Shown here: in pieces, positions 1-8,998 of the stretch
Position numbering within the stretch: position 1 is the first letter of the stretch
Layout: the number at the start of each line of letters is the position of its first letter
Assembly: GCA_036163695.1 (NCBI GenBank)
Contig: JAYZKG010000006.1
Span: 1-38,916, forward strand
Direction: 5' to 3'
Origin: Actinomycetota bacterium
GTDB lineage: Bacteria > Actinomycetota > Acidimicrobiia > Actinomarinales > Actinomarinaceae
DNA length: 38,916 nucleotides
The notes under the pieces: generated by a model
What the model was told of the DNA's origin: nothing
Seen by the model: the letters and a program-made list of their open reading frames with translations, nothing else
Database searches by the model: none
Position numbers and translations under genes: made by a program

Positions 1-367
1 AAACCGCATACTCTTCTCTTTTGACATCAACGATTGAAAAAATTGTTCTGTGACCAGTAAATGAGGAAAATGCTAAAGCATCTAAGCTGCTTACAGGAAC
101 TATAGGAATTCCTAAACCAGCAGCCAAGCCTTGTGCAACACTAAGGCCTATGCGCATACCTGTATAGTAGCCTGGACCTATATCCAATATAATTCCCTCC
201 AGCTGAGTCTTATCTAGGTTCGTATTGAGTAGTTGGTTTTCAATCATCTCATAGATCAATTCTGTATGGTGCTTTTTACTTGATATTGTATTCAAAGATA
301 AAAGTTCTTCCTCATGAATAGCTACCGAAATAAAGTCTGAAGAAGTTGATATGCTTAAACTTTTCAT
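1..367 (-). CDS. tsaB: tRNA t6A biosynthesis protein TsaB (partial, runs off the window edge)
   Basis: Manual translation from ATG at 367: [17 protein letters not shown]...GIILDIGPGYYTGMRIGLSVAQGLAAGLGIPIVPVSSLDALA, matching the TsaB GPGS-TG-RIG motif. ATGA overlap with the tsaE stop. Not in the ORF track. Confidence 0.93.
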   Translation of the reverse strand, partial: MKSLSISTSSDFISVAIHEEELLSLNTISSKKHHTELIYEMIENQLLNTNLDKTQLEGIILDIGPGYYTGMRIGLSVAQGLAAGLGIPIVPVSSLDALAFSSFTGHRTIFSIVDVKREEYAV

Positions 368-783
368 GAATCTATGACCACCCTCCTCGATTCATCAGCT
401 TCTACTTGAATGTCTATATTTGTTGCTACATCCCAATCTTTTATAGGAAGCAAATCCCCCCACTCAACAAGAATAACATTTCCATCTTCCCCTAGAGGAA
501 GGTCTAAATCTATAAATTCCTGAAAACTATTTAACCGGTAACAATCAACATGAAAAATCTCTATTTCACCTGCATTATATTGCCTAACAATATTGTAAGA
601 AGGAGAGGTAACAACTTCCTCCACTCCTAAAGAAGATATGATCCCTTTGACTAGGGTTGTTTTGCCTGCTCCAAGCTTTCCTGATATAGACAGACAACTT
701 TTGTTATTAACTAATTCTTTACCAATCTTTTTTCCGAGATTATTCATATCTTCTTCTGTTGTGATAACTAAAGTATCCTCCAT
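364..783 (-). CDS. tsaE: tRNA t6A biosynthesis ATPase TsaE
   Basis: Walker A GKLGAGKT, VTSPSY, HVDCYRL and VEWG motifs; lies between alr and tsaB. Confidence 0.95.
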   Translation of the reverse strand: MEDTLVITTEEDMNNLGKKIGKELVNNKSCLSISGKLGAGKTTLVKGIISSLGVEEVVTSPSYNIVRQYNAGEIEIFHVDCYRLNSFQEFIDLDLPLGEDGNVILVEWGDLLPIKDWDVATNIDIQVEADESRRVVIDS

Positions 784-786
784 GAA

Positions 787-1866
787 CTAAACCTCTATCC
801 TCTCAAGCCTGTCAGTGATGTTGGTTAGAATCTCCCACTCAATTGTCTTGTTCCACTCTGCAATATCAAACACCGAAATACTCAGTTGTTTATCATCAGA
901 TTCACCTAAAACAACTACTTCATCATTCACTTCTGCATCAATATCGGTAATATCAAATAATATCTGATCCATTGTTACCCTCCCGATCAATTCACAAAAA
1001 TGATTATTGACTATAACTTTGCCCTCGGGAAAAGAATTCCAAGGATAACCATCCGCATAACCAATTGGAGCTGTTCCTACAACTGTATCTCTCTCAAGTT
1101 CTAAGGCCTTTCCGTAGGAAACCGCCTCTCCTTTTTTGCGATGTTGAATATTTGATATTCTAGATTTTATCTCCATAGTTGGCTTCAATTTATGTTCTAC
1201 GTCTACAGGAGTTATATTGCACCCGTACACAGCTAATCCAATACGTGATAGGTTAAATATTGAATCAAAATTATAAAAAATTGAACCTGAATTGTCTGAA
1301 TGTATAAACAAATCTTTAATATCTATACTAGAAATCACTTCCTTAAATAATTTAATTGATTCATCCGTTGGTTCTTTTTCGATATCTGCCACAGGGAAAT
1401 GTGTACAAATTCCAGCTAAATTAATATTTTCTGCATTTTGTACCTGATTATAAATTTTCTCAAAATCTTTTGGCTCACACCCAACTCTATGCATTCCTGT
1501 ATCGATTTTGATATGTCCATTAATTGAAAGACCTGATTTTTCAAGACCATCAACAAAGAAATCGTTATAAACAGTAAGGTCTATATTGTAACTAGCAGCT
1601 TTTTCAACTTCACTTAATGAAGGTTCAGTAAGCAATAAGATTCGAACACTATCAGATAATTCCCTTACTGTAATAGCTTCATTGATTGTTGCTACTGCAA
1701 ACCATTTCACTCCTGCTTCTATGGCTGAATTTACAGTCCATTGAACCCCATGTCCATACCCATTGGCTTTTACTACTAAGCAAAGCTCTTTGTCTGAAAG
1801 ACTATTTAAATAATTTATATTATTTAAGTAATTTGCCTTATTGACGTATATGTATCCTCTATCCAT
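787..1866 (-). CDS. alr: alanine racemase
   Basis: PLP-lysine motif VVKANGYGHG, plus KIDTGMHRVG, IGYADG and GRVTMDQ. Confidence 0.96.
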   Translation of the reverse strand: MDRGYIYVNKANYLNNINYLNSLSDKELCLVVKANGYGHGVQWTVNSAIEAGVKWFAVATINEAITVRELSDSVRILLLTEPSLSEVEKAASYNIDLTVYNDFFVDGLEKSGLSINGHIKIDTGMHRVGCEPKDFEKIYNQVQNAENINLAGICTHFPVADIEKEPTDESIKLFKEVISSIDIKDLFIHSDNSGSIFYNFDSIFNLSRIGLAVYGCNITPVDVEHKLKPTMEIKSRISNIQHRKKGEAVSYGKALELERDTVVGTAPIGYADGYPWNSFPEGKVIVNNHFCELIGRVTMDQILFDITDIDAEVNDEVVVLGESDDKQLSISVFDIAEWNKTIEWEILTNITDRLERIEV

Positions 1867-1886
1867 ATTTAATTACCGTAGTAATA

Positions 1887-2057
1887 TTAATCTACATTTT
1901 GATCTTTTGGTTGTCGCCTACCAATTGCTGCACCAATTGCAACACCTACCGCTATCCATACTGGTTCCTTTGTTGCGGCAAAAACTGCTGCCCCTATCGC
2001 TGTGCCAACACCAATCCAATTTCCAGCATTGTTAGAGTTTTTAAATTTATTGTCCAT
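1887..2057 (-). CDS. small glycine-zipper membrane protein, 56 aa
   Basis: Manual translation: MDNKFKNSNNAGNWIGVGTAIGAAVFAATKEPVWIAVGVAIGAAIGRRQPKDQNVD*. Two hydrophobic GxxxG-rich segments; same strand as neighbours; below the ORF-track cutoff. Confidence 0.75.
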   Translation of the reverse strand: MDNKFKNSNNAGNWIGVGTAIGAAVFAATKEPVWIAVGVAIGAAIGRRQPKDQNVD

Positions 2058-2060
2058 ACC

Positions 2061-2147
2061 TCAAATTAACCTTGTCATGCGATTTTTCATAAGTTCACCA
2101 TCTATTTCACAAATCTCTTTTGGGATTTCTGTCTTAATACAAATCAT
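2061..2147 (-). CDS. 28-aa small ORF, possibly a truncated gene remnant
   Basis: ATG 9 nt after the glmS stop gives MICIKTEIPKEICEIDGELMKNRMTRLI*, ending 3 nt before the next ATG. Confidence 0.35.
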   Translation of the reverse strand: MICIKTEIPKEICEIDGELMKNRMTRLI

Positions 2148-2156
2148 GGTACAAAT

Positions 2157-3965
2157 CTATTCAACGGTCACAGATTTAGCTAAATTTCTTGGCTGGTCGA
2201 TTGACTCACCTCTTTTATAGGCTACATGATACGCTAAGAATTGAAGGGGGATAATTGAAAGAATGGTAGAAATAGTATCGGGAGCATCTGGAAGTTTCAA
2301 AAATGTGTCACAAATGCTTTCAAGCTTATTAGCACTTGAATCACCAATCCCAATAACATTACCTCCTCTTGCAATAACTTCTTGTACATTACTTACTGTC
2401 TTTTCTATCAAACTTGACTGACTCCCTGTAACAATAACTGGTACTCCATCATCAATTAATGCTAATGTCCCATGTTTGAGCTCTCCAGCGGGTAGGGCCT
2501 CCGCATGAAGATAAGAAATCTCCTTCAGCTTCAAAGCACCCTCTGCCGCTAGAGAAAAATCTAAGCCTCTACCAATAAAATAAACACTCTCATGTTTATA
2601 TATATCTTCAGCTATTTTTTTAATCTGATCTTCGAGAAGTAAAGATTTCTCAATTAAGTCTGGTAGTGCTTTCATATCTGCACTTGTTACACCCAAACTA
2701 TCTCCACCCTTCTCGTCCCATTGATTAGCAAGTAACAATTGGGCTGTAAGCATTCCAATATAAGCCTTAGTAGAAGCAACCCCAATCTCTGGTCCAACAT
2801 GTAGATACATAATGTGATCAGACATTCTTGCTAACGAACTCCCTACAACATTAACTATTCCAAGTAGTTCGCAGCCTTTGTCTTTCAACAAATCAGCTGC
2901 AGCAATAGTGTCCATTGTTTCACCAGATTGGGAAATGATAATGCCTAAATCGTCCTTACTAATTATTGGGTCTCTATATCTAAATTCAGATGCTAATTCA
3001 ACCTCTACAGGTATCCCTAATGATTTTTCAAAGAGCTCTCTACCAAATAGACCCGCATGATAAGCTGTTCCACAAGCAATAATCCATATCTTCTTGTACT
3101 TGAGGGCTTTATCTCTATCTATACCAAATTTTGTACTAAAAAAATCTCCATCTACTCTATCAGTTAATGTATTTCTGATTGCCTCAGGTTGTTCAATGAT
3201 TTCTTTATACATATAGTGTTCATGTCCACCCTTTTCAGCTTCGTCAATCTTCCAATCAACTAGCTCTACTTCTCTTTCGATTTCTTCTTGATTCAGGTTA
3301 TATATCTTGTAGTCTCCCCCTTGGATCTTTACAAAATCACCATTTTCAAGAAAAACCATTTTGTTTGTATGTTCAATGATTGCAGCGGCATCGGAAGCGA
3401 GGAACATCTCCCCTTCTCCAATCCCCATTACCAAAGGGCTCATCATTCTTCCTGCAACTATAGTGTCTGGCTCATGTTCAGTAACAACAACTAAGGCGTA
3501 AGTTCCTTTTAGATTCTTTGCTACTCCAATGGTTGTACTTAGTAGATCTCCATCCCATTCTTTTGCTAGCTGTTGAGCAACTACCTCAGTATCGGTGTCA
3601 GAAGTAAAGTCAATACCGTCATTAAGGAGGGCTTCTTTGATTTGCACATAATTTTCAATTATACCGTTATGCACTAATGCAAATTTATTATCCTCATTTT
3701 GATGTGGGTGTGCGTTCTCGTCGTTCGGAATCCCATGTGTTGCCCACCTAGTGTGGCCTATCCCAACATTTCCATCAGTAGTGTTTCCTTCTAACGCATC
3801 CTTTAATTGACTTAACTTACCAGATTTTTTTTCTATAAATAACTTTTCAGAAGAAACAACAGCAACCCCGGATGAGTCATAGCCTCTGTATTCTAATCGA
3901 GAAAGGCCATTCACTAAAAGTGGGAGTGTTTCTTTTGGACCTGAATATGCAACTATTCCACACAT
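2157..3965 (-). CDS. glmS: glutamine--fructose-6-phosphate aminotransferase (isomerizing)
   Basis: Start moved to ATG 3965 so that the catalytic Cys follows Met (MCGIV), with SD AAGGAGG 8 nt upstream. Motifs HTRWATHG, SQSGET and C-terminal PRNLAKSVTVE. Confidence 0.98.
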   Translation of the reverse strand: MCGIVAYSGPKETLPLLVNGLSRLEYRGYDSSGVAVVSSEKLFIEKKSGKLSQLKDALEGNTTDGNVGIGHTRWATHGIPNDENAHPHQNEDNKFALVHNGIIENYVQIKEALLNDGIDFTSDTDTEVVAQQLAKEWDGDLLSTTIGVAKNLKGTYALVVVTEHEPDTIVAGRMMSPLVMGIGEGEMFLASDAAAIIEHTNKMVFLENGDFVKIQGGDYKIYNLNQEEIEREVELVDWKIDEAEKGGHEHYMYKEIIEQPEAIRNTLTDRVDGDFFSTKFGIDRDKALKYKKIWIIACGTAYHAGLFGRELFEKSLGIPVEVELASEFRYRDPIISKDDLGIIISQSGETMDTIAAADLLKDKGCELLGIVNVVGSSLARMSDHIMYLHVGPEIGVASTKAYIGMLTAQLLLANQWDEKGGDSLGVTSADMKALPDLIEKSLLLEDQIKKIAEDIYKHESVYFIGRGLDFSLAAEGALKLKEISYLHAEALPAGELKHGTLALIDDGVPVIVTGSQSSLIEKTVSNVQEVIARGGNVIGIGDSSANKLESICDTFLKLPDAPDTISTILSIIPLQFLAYHVAYKRGESIDQPRNLAKSVTVE

Positions 3966-4011
3966 TTTCACAACCTCCTTTATTGAAAGTAACGAGCATA
4001 CTTTATTACTA

Positions 4012-4150
4012 CATCTACACCAACCTATCTTCTGTCACAGAAATCTCTTCCTGCATTTAAACAAGCTGTAACGACTGTAGAGCCGAAAAGGCACCCGCCG
4101 AATATTCGATAACCTTTTTCCTCGTCACCTCAGTGAGGTCTGGCGCTTTA
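4012..4150 (-). ncRNA. glmS ribozyme (GlcN6P-activated self-cleaving riboswitch)
   Basis: Minus strand AGCGCCAG-ACCUC(ACU)GAGGU-GACGAGGAAAAAGGUUAUCGAAUAUUCGGCGGGUGCCUUUUCGGCU matches the conserved glmS core. Also seen: CGGCU/AGUCG stem with loop CUAC able to pair with a downstream GUAG, CAGCUUGUUU/AGAUAGGUUG stem, and a GAGA (GNRA) tetraloop hairpin. Directly upstream of glmS. Confidence 0.95.
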
Positions 4151-4179
4151 TTTGCTCGTAAGTTATATGATAGCTGTAA

Positions 4180-5496
4180 TTACTTAATATTTAAGTACTT
4201 TGTTGTTGTTTCTTCAATTAAATGTAAAACTTCCTCAATCTCTTCATTATTATTTGCCTCTATTAGAACTCTAAGTAGTGGCTCGGTACCTGAAGCTCTA
4301 ACAAATATTCTGCCTTCTGAGATATGAGCCTCTTCAATTGACTTCATTTCTTGTATTAACATATCCAATTTGTCAGCATCTAGTGACACATCAAGATGGA
4401 AATTAATTAATTTCTGTGGATATTCAATAATCAATTCCTTGCGTAATTCAGAAAGCTTTAGCCCAAAAAAAGATAACGCTTTTAATATAAATATTCCTGT
4501 TAGTAGGCCATCCCCTACCGGGAGATAATCAGAGAGAATAATATGTCCTGATTGCTCTCCTCCTAAAGAAGCTTTGTGCTCTTCCATTGCTTCTGCCACA
4601 TACTTATCTCCAACAGGGGTAACTACTGAGGTGATATTCATATCACCTAGGGCCTTCTGAAGCCCAACATTTGCCATAACAGTTGTTACGACTGTACTTG
4701 CATTCAATTTCTCAATTTGGTTAAGATATTTTGCAAGTAAAGCAATCATTACATCGCCGTTCGCAATAGACCCATCCTCGTCAATCATTATTAATCTATC
4801 CGCATCTCCATCAAAGGTTAAGCCTATATAACCATCAGTCATAGATTTTTTTAGTAATAGTGGGGTTGTAGCTCCACATTCTTTATTAATTTTGAGTCCA
4901 TCAGAATCAGTATTAAAAATTTCATAGTTAATTGAAAGTGTATCAAAGAGCTTCTTTGCTGATTCTGTAACAGCTCCATTAGCACAATCAATAGAGAGAT
5001 CAAATTTTGTTGAATCTATACCTTCTGAACAAGACAATAAGTTTTCAATATAGAGATCTATGCCTTCAGAACTAGATTCTACTTTGGCTTCTTGGCTAAA
5101 ATCTGGTTCAACATTATTTATCCTTTCCTCTAATAGTGCTTCAGATTCATCTGAAAGTTTGGAACCAGACTTATCAATAATTTTTATTCCGTTGTACTCA
5201 CTCGGGTTATGTGATGCAGAAATTATGAATCCTAAGTCATGTTTTTTTTCACTTAATATATACGCCATAGAACCTGACGGAAGAACTCCATAATCCACAA
5301 CTGTTGTTTTAGAGGAAAACCCTTCTGAAATCCATTGAAAAATCATTCCACGGGTAGATCTAGTATCACCAATTACTGCTATTGAAGAAGGTTCAAGTTG
5401 GTCCTCCACCGCCTTACATATCTTATGAACCAGTTCTTTAGATAAATCTTTCTCAGGTATTCCTCTTACACCATCTGTTCCGAAGTATGTTTTCAA
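4180..5496 (-). CDS. glmM: phosphoglucosamine mutase
   Basis: FGTDGVRG, phosphoserine motif SASHNP, DGDADR, GGEQSGH and RASGTEP; TTG start; rpsI-glmM-glmS synteny. Confidence 0.95.
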   Translation of the reverse strand: MKTYFGTDGVRGIPEKDLSKELVHKICKAVEDQLEPSSIAVIGDTRSTRGMIFQWISEGFSSKTTVVDYGVLPSGSMAYILSEKKHDLGFIISASHNPSEYNGIKIIDKSGSKLSDESEALLEERINNVEPDFSQEAKVESSSEGIDLYIENLLSCSEGIDSTKFDLSIDCANGAVTESAKKLFDTLSINYEIFNTDSDGLKINKECGATTPLLLKKSMTDGYIGLTFDGDADRLIMIDEDGSIANGDVMIALLAKYLNQIEKLNASTVVTTVMANVGLQKALGDMNITSVVTPVGDKYVAEAMEEHKASLGGEQSGHIILSDYLPVGDGLLTGIFILKALSFFGLKLSELRKELIIEYPQKLINFHLDVSLDADKLDMLIQEMKSIEEAHISEGRIFVRASGTEPLLRVLIEANNNEEIEEVLHLIEETTTKYLNIK

Positions 5497-5504
5497 AAAG
5501 ATTA

Positions 5505-5894
5505 CTACCTTTTTGTATACTGCTCTGCCCTACGAGCCTTTTTTAGTCCGTATTTCTTACGCTCAACTTTTCTAGAATCCCGTGTTAATAAGCCAGCCTT
5601 TTTCAGATCACTCCTCAAAGATGAGTCATATTCAACTAGAGCTCGAGCAAGTCCAAGGCTCACCGCTTCTGCCTGTGCTGAAAGGCCGCTTCCATTTACG
5701 TTAACCTGCAAATCAAATTTATTTTCAAGCTTTGCAACAACAAGAGGCTTTGCAACCCTAGTTCTCATGGATTCTGTAGGAAAATAATCCTCAAAAGATT
5801 TTCCATTAAAAGTAAAGTTTCCTTCTCCCTCTAAAAGAGTAACTCTTGCAACACTACTTTTTCTTCTTCCTGTTCCATAAGAGACTTTGCTCAT
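5505..5894 (-). CDS. rpsI: 30S ribosomal protein S9
   Basis: GTGRRKSSVARV and C-terminal ERKKYGLKKARRAEQYTKR; ATG 5894 chosen, just after the rplM stop. Confidence 0.97.
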   Translation of the reverse strand: MSKVSYGTGRRKSSVARVTLLEGEGNFTFNGKSFEDYFPTESMRTRVAKPLVVAKLENKFDLQVNVNGSGLSAQAEAVSLGLARALVEYDSSLRSDLKKAGLLTRDSRKVERKKYGLKKARRAEQYTKR

Positions 5895-5895
5895 A

Positions 5896-6348
5896 TTATT
5901 CAACCTTTTCTATTTCTAACTTAAGCTCTTGTGGATTCTGAGCACCGTGTAAATGTTTTTCATCAGAATAAACATGTAGCTTCTTTATTGTCGACCTCCC
6001 AAGTCTATTTTTTGGAAGCATTCCCCATACAGCTTTCTGAATTATTTGTTCTGGTTTACGTTGTCTTAATGAGTTGAATGTTTCTTCTTTTAAGCCGCCA
6101 GGATATCCCGAATGAGAGTAGTAAACTTTTGCTTCAGGTTTATTTGCAGTCATCTCTACTTTGCTTGCATTAACTACAACCACATGGTCCCCAACATCAA
6201 TATGAGGAGCGAAGCTAGGTTTGTGCTTCCCTCTAATAATTTTTGCTATCTCTGAAGCTAATCTTCCTACTGGTAATCCAGTAGCATCTACGAGGAACCA
6301 GTCCCTGCTATCAGAAGGAATCTCTTCAAATTTAGTTTTTATATTCAT
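5896..6348 (-). CDS. rplM: 50S ribosomal protein L13
   Basis: WFLVDA..GRLAS..RGKHKP, HSGYPGG and GMLPKN. Confidence 0.97.
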   Translation of the reverse strand: MNIKTKFEEIPSDSRDWFLVDATGLPVGRLASEIAKIIRGKHKPSFAPHIDVGDHVVVVNASKVEMTANKPEAKVYYSHSGYPGGLKEETFNSLRQRKPEQIIQKAVWGMLPKNRLGRSTIKKLHVYSDEKHLHGAQNPQELKLEIEKVE

Positions 6349-6383
6349 ATAGTTCCAAACCTGTTGAATAGTAACGAAATATA

Positions 6384-6389
6384 ATTATA
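6384..6389 (-). promoter_or_regulatory. putative -10 box (TATAAT) for rplM-rpsI
   Basis: Perfect TATAAT on the minus strand in the 64-bp truA-rplM gap; no strong -35. Confidence 0.5.
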
Positions 6390-6412
6390 AAGGTCTTTAT
6401 TTTTAATCATAA

Positions 6413-7138
6413 TTAATATTGTACTTTCCATAAATACAACCCTTGGGGAGGGGCAACATAGCGAATTCTCCCTAAATCTTTTTGATTTAAGTAATTCTTT
6501 ATGTCTTTTTCATGTATTTGGCTATTATTCATTGCTAATAAGCTTCCAACAATGCTCCTGACCATTTGCCAGAGAAAAGACTCCCCTGAGATAGCAAACC
6601 TGTAAAGACCATTGCTCTCTTTCCAATTAGCTTGTGTAACTTTTCTAATTGTATTTTTTCTATTATTTTCTTTGGAGTAATTTAGAAAATCGTTTTCACC
6701 TATAAAATGTTGTGTTACCTTGTTCAGCTTCATTAGGTCTAGGTCTTCATCAAGAAGTAAGGCTGTATAGCGGTCCATCGGAAGTGATTTCGATTTCTTC
6801 TTTATAAAATAAACATATGTCCTAGATTTAGCTGAATATCGGGCATTAAAGCTCCTTGAAGTTTTATTTAATTTACTTATGTTTATATCTTCTGGGAGAA
6901 GGCTCTCTAATGAATATTTAAACCTTTCCTCATTGCTAATATCGGAAACAAATGAAATAACCTGTTGTCTTGCGTGCACTCCTGAATCGGTTCTCCCTGA
7001 AAAAGTTAAATCCTCAAATTTACAAAGTTTAGTTAGTTGTTTTCTTAGTTCTCCTTCAACCGTTCTCTTTTGTGGCTGAATCTGAGAACCAAAAAATTCT
7101 CTTCCATCATAAGCAATGTCAAGACGATAATTAAACAC
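6413..7138 (-). CDS. truA: tRNA pseudouridine(38-40) synthase
   Basis: AYDG..F.GSQ, catalytic SGRTDSGVHA, FLWQMVR and APPQGLYL; GTG start. Confidence 0.95.
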   Translation of the reverse strand: MFNYRLDIAYDGREFFGSQIQPQKRTVEGELRKQLTKLCKFEDLTFSGRTDSGVHARQQVISFVSDISNEERFKYSLESLLPEDINISKLNKTSRSFNARYSAKSRTYVYFIKKKSKSLPMDRYTALLLDEDLDLMKLNKVTQHFIGENDFLNYSKENNRKNTIRKVTQANWKESNGLYRFAISGESFLWQMVRSIVGSLLAMNNSQIHEKDIKNYLNQKDLGRIRYVAPPQGLYLWKVQY

Positions 7139-7681
7139 TTAGAGTAGGGATTTTAATATGTCAGAAACTAAGAAAATTATTACTAAGAAAAGAATCGAAC
7201 TACTACTTGCTGGTTTGTTTTCTATATAAAAACCAACCTTCATACCTTTATAAATAATTGCATAAACCCAATAAACTACACCAAGCATCCATAAAGAAAA
7301 CCTAGAACTTCCAGAACAATATACAAGTGGAAAAAAGCAAAAATTAATCCTTCCTAATAAAATAATTAAGAAAAAGACCACCTGAGCATATCCAGTTAAG
7401 GCGAGTAAATTCTGCATTTGAAGTGTTTCGTTATATACCTTTGAGAGAAAGTACCAAGTACCAAATGTAGCAATTATCCACCCAAAGATATGATCGAAAG
7501 CGGGATATAGCAAGGCTGAACTTTTTAGATTAAATGAAAAATACAACACAGATGTCGACCATATAGAAACTACTATAAGGGCATTGGCCGTTTCATTTGT
7601 GTCCGATGTAATTTTGGACAAAACCTCGCTATCTAGCTTAAATATTTTCTTACTATTCTGAACAATTTGCTGTAAAAGCAC
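7139..7681 (-). CDS. multi-pass membrane protein, YIP1-like
   Basis: About five hydrophobic segments after an N-terminal amphipathic region (KLDSEVLSKITSDTNETANALIVV). The family call is from pattern recognition only. Confidence 0.6.
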   Translation of the reverse strand: MLLQQIVQNSKKIFKLDSEVLSKITSDTNETANALIVVSIWSTSVLYFSFNLKSSALLYPAFDHIFGWIIATFGTWYFLSKVYNETLQMQNLLALTGYAQVVFFLIILLGRINFCFFPLVYCSGSSRFSLWMLGVVYWVYAIIYKGMKVGFYIENKPASSSSILFLVIIFLVSDILKSLL

Positions 7682-7683
7682 AA

Positions 7684-8034
7684 TTAAACTAGTTCAAGAA
7701 TAGCTAGCTCTGTACCGTCTCCCCTTCGGCTACCAACTCTTGTCATTCTAGTATATCCGCCGTCTCTCTCTTCATATTTAGGAGCAATTTCCTCAAATAA
7801 TTTAGCTACTAAAGACTTGTCATGAATAATCTTTAGCACTTGTCTACGGTCATGCAAAGTTCCACTCTTAGCTTTTGTAATTATTTTATCTATGTAAGGC
7901 TTTGCAGCTTTAGCCTTTGTTACAGTTGTCTCGATTTTCTCATATTCGATAATTGATTTAATCAAACCTGAAATAATCTGGTCCTCATGAGAACCAGATC
8001 CTCCTAATCTCTTCCCTTTAGTTGGTTTAGGCAT
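7684..8034 (-). CDS. rplQ: 50S ribosomal protein L17
   Basis: MPKPTKGKRLGG (actinobacterial-style N-terminus), IETTVTKAK and GGYTR..RRGD; start moved to ATG 8034. Confidence 0.96.
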   Translation of the reverse strand: MPKPTKGKRLGGSGSHEDQIISGLIKSIIEYEKIETTVTKAKAAKPYIDKIITKAKSGTLHDRRQVLKIIHDKSLVAKLFEEIAPKYEERDGGYTRMTRVGSRRGDGTELAILELV

Positions 8035-8986
8035 CTGCTCCATCCTCAGAATTTAAGTCAGATGTGGTAGGCAAACTTAATCCTAATTCATCAAGCTTTG
8101 CAACAAGCTCATCGAGGCTTTTTTGACCAAAGTTAGTAAGATTCAACAAATCTTCTTCTGTGAAGTCTAGCAATTGACCAACGGTTGCTATATTTGCTCT
8201 TGCTAAACAATTTTGTGGTCTTTCTGAGAGATCTAAAGCATCTATTGATAGAGAAAGGTCTGGAGAGCTCCCTTCAGAAACTGTAAGTTCTCCTAGCTCT
8301 AAACCAACTCCTTCATCTATGTCAGCAAATAGCTTCCACAATTCTCCTACTGTTTTCCCAACAGATGAGACAGCTTCACTAGGAGATATTGATCCATCAG
8401 TTTGAATATCCAAATTTAATTTATCATAATCCGTCATTTGGCCAACTTGAGTCGGTGAAACATCAAAGCTAACCTTTACTATTGGAGAAAATATTGAATC
8501 TACCGGAATAAAATTCGAATCACTAGTTTTATTCTTATCAGAGGATCTGTATCCAACTCCATGAGCTACAGAAAGTTCCATATCTAGTGAAGCATCATCT
8601 GATAAAGTACAAACTAACATATCGGTGTTGACTACTTCAACCCCTGCTGGACATTGTATTTGTGATGCAAAAACTTCTCCTGTACCTTTAGCTTTTAGGG
8701 TTAGTATGTGAGTTTCCTGATCTTGGACTTTTAAAACAAGCCTTTTTAGATTCAATGTAACATCAAGAACATCTTCTACTATCCCATCCACAGCAGTAAA
8801 TTCATGATTTACCCCTTCAATCTTTACCCCGGTTATTGCTACGCCAGGTACTCTTGATAACAAAGCTCTTCTCATAGTATTTCCTAAAGTTAAACCAAAC
8901 CCAGGCTCTAAGGGTTCAATGGAAAATACTGATCTATTCTCTCCTTTGCTTTCTTGAGTAATTTCAGGTCTTTGTAATATAAGCAT
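8027..8986 (-). CDS. rpoA: RNA polymerase subunit alpha
   Basis: EPLEPGFGLTLGNTMRRALLS, IPVDSIFSP and alpha-CTD NFGQKSLDE. Confidence 0.98.
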   Translation of the reverse strand: MLILQRPEITQESKGENRSVFSIEPLEPGFGLTLGNTMRRALLSRVPGVAITGVKIEGVNHEFTAVDGIVEDVLDVTLNLKRLVLKVQDQETHILTLKAKGTGEVFASQIQCPAGVEVVNTDMLVCTLSDDASLDMELSVAHGVGYRSSDKNKTSDSNFIPVDSIFSPIVKVSFDVSPTQVGQMTDYDKLNLDIQTDGSISPSEAVSSVGKTVGELWKLFADIDEGVGLELGELTVSEGSSPDLSLSIDALDLSERPQNCLARANIATVGQLLDFTEEDLLNLTNFGQKSLDELVAKLDELGLSLPTTSDLNSEDGADA

Positions 8987-8998
8987 TGTTCTCCTCTC

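Noticed and set aside
1841-2220. Plus-strand ORFs 1841-2035 and 2002-2220
   Set aside because: They overlap alr and glmS. The interval is better explained by the two minus-strand small ORFs.
3872-4327. Plus-strand ORFs across the glmM-glmS gap
   Set aside because: The gap is accounted for by the glmS ribozyme.
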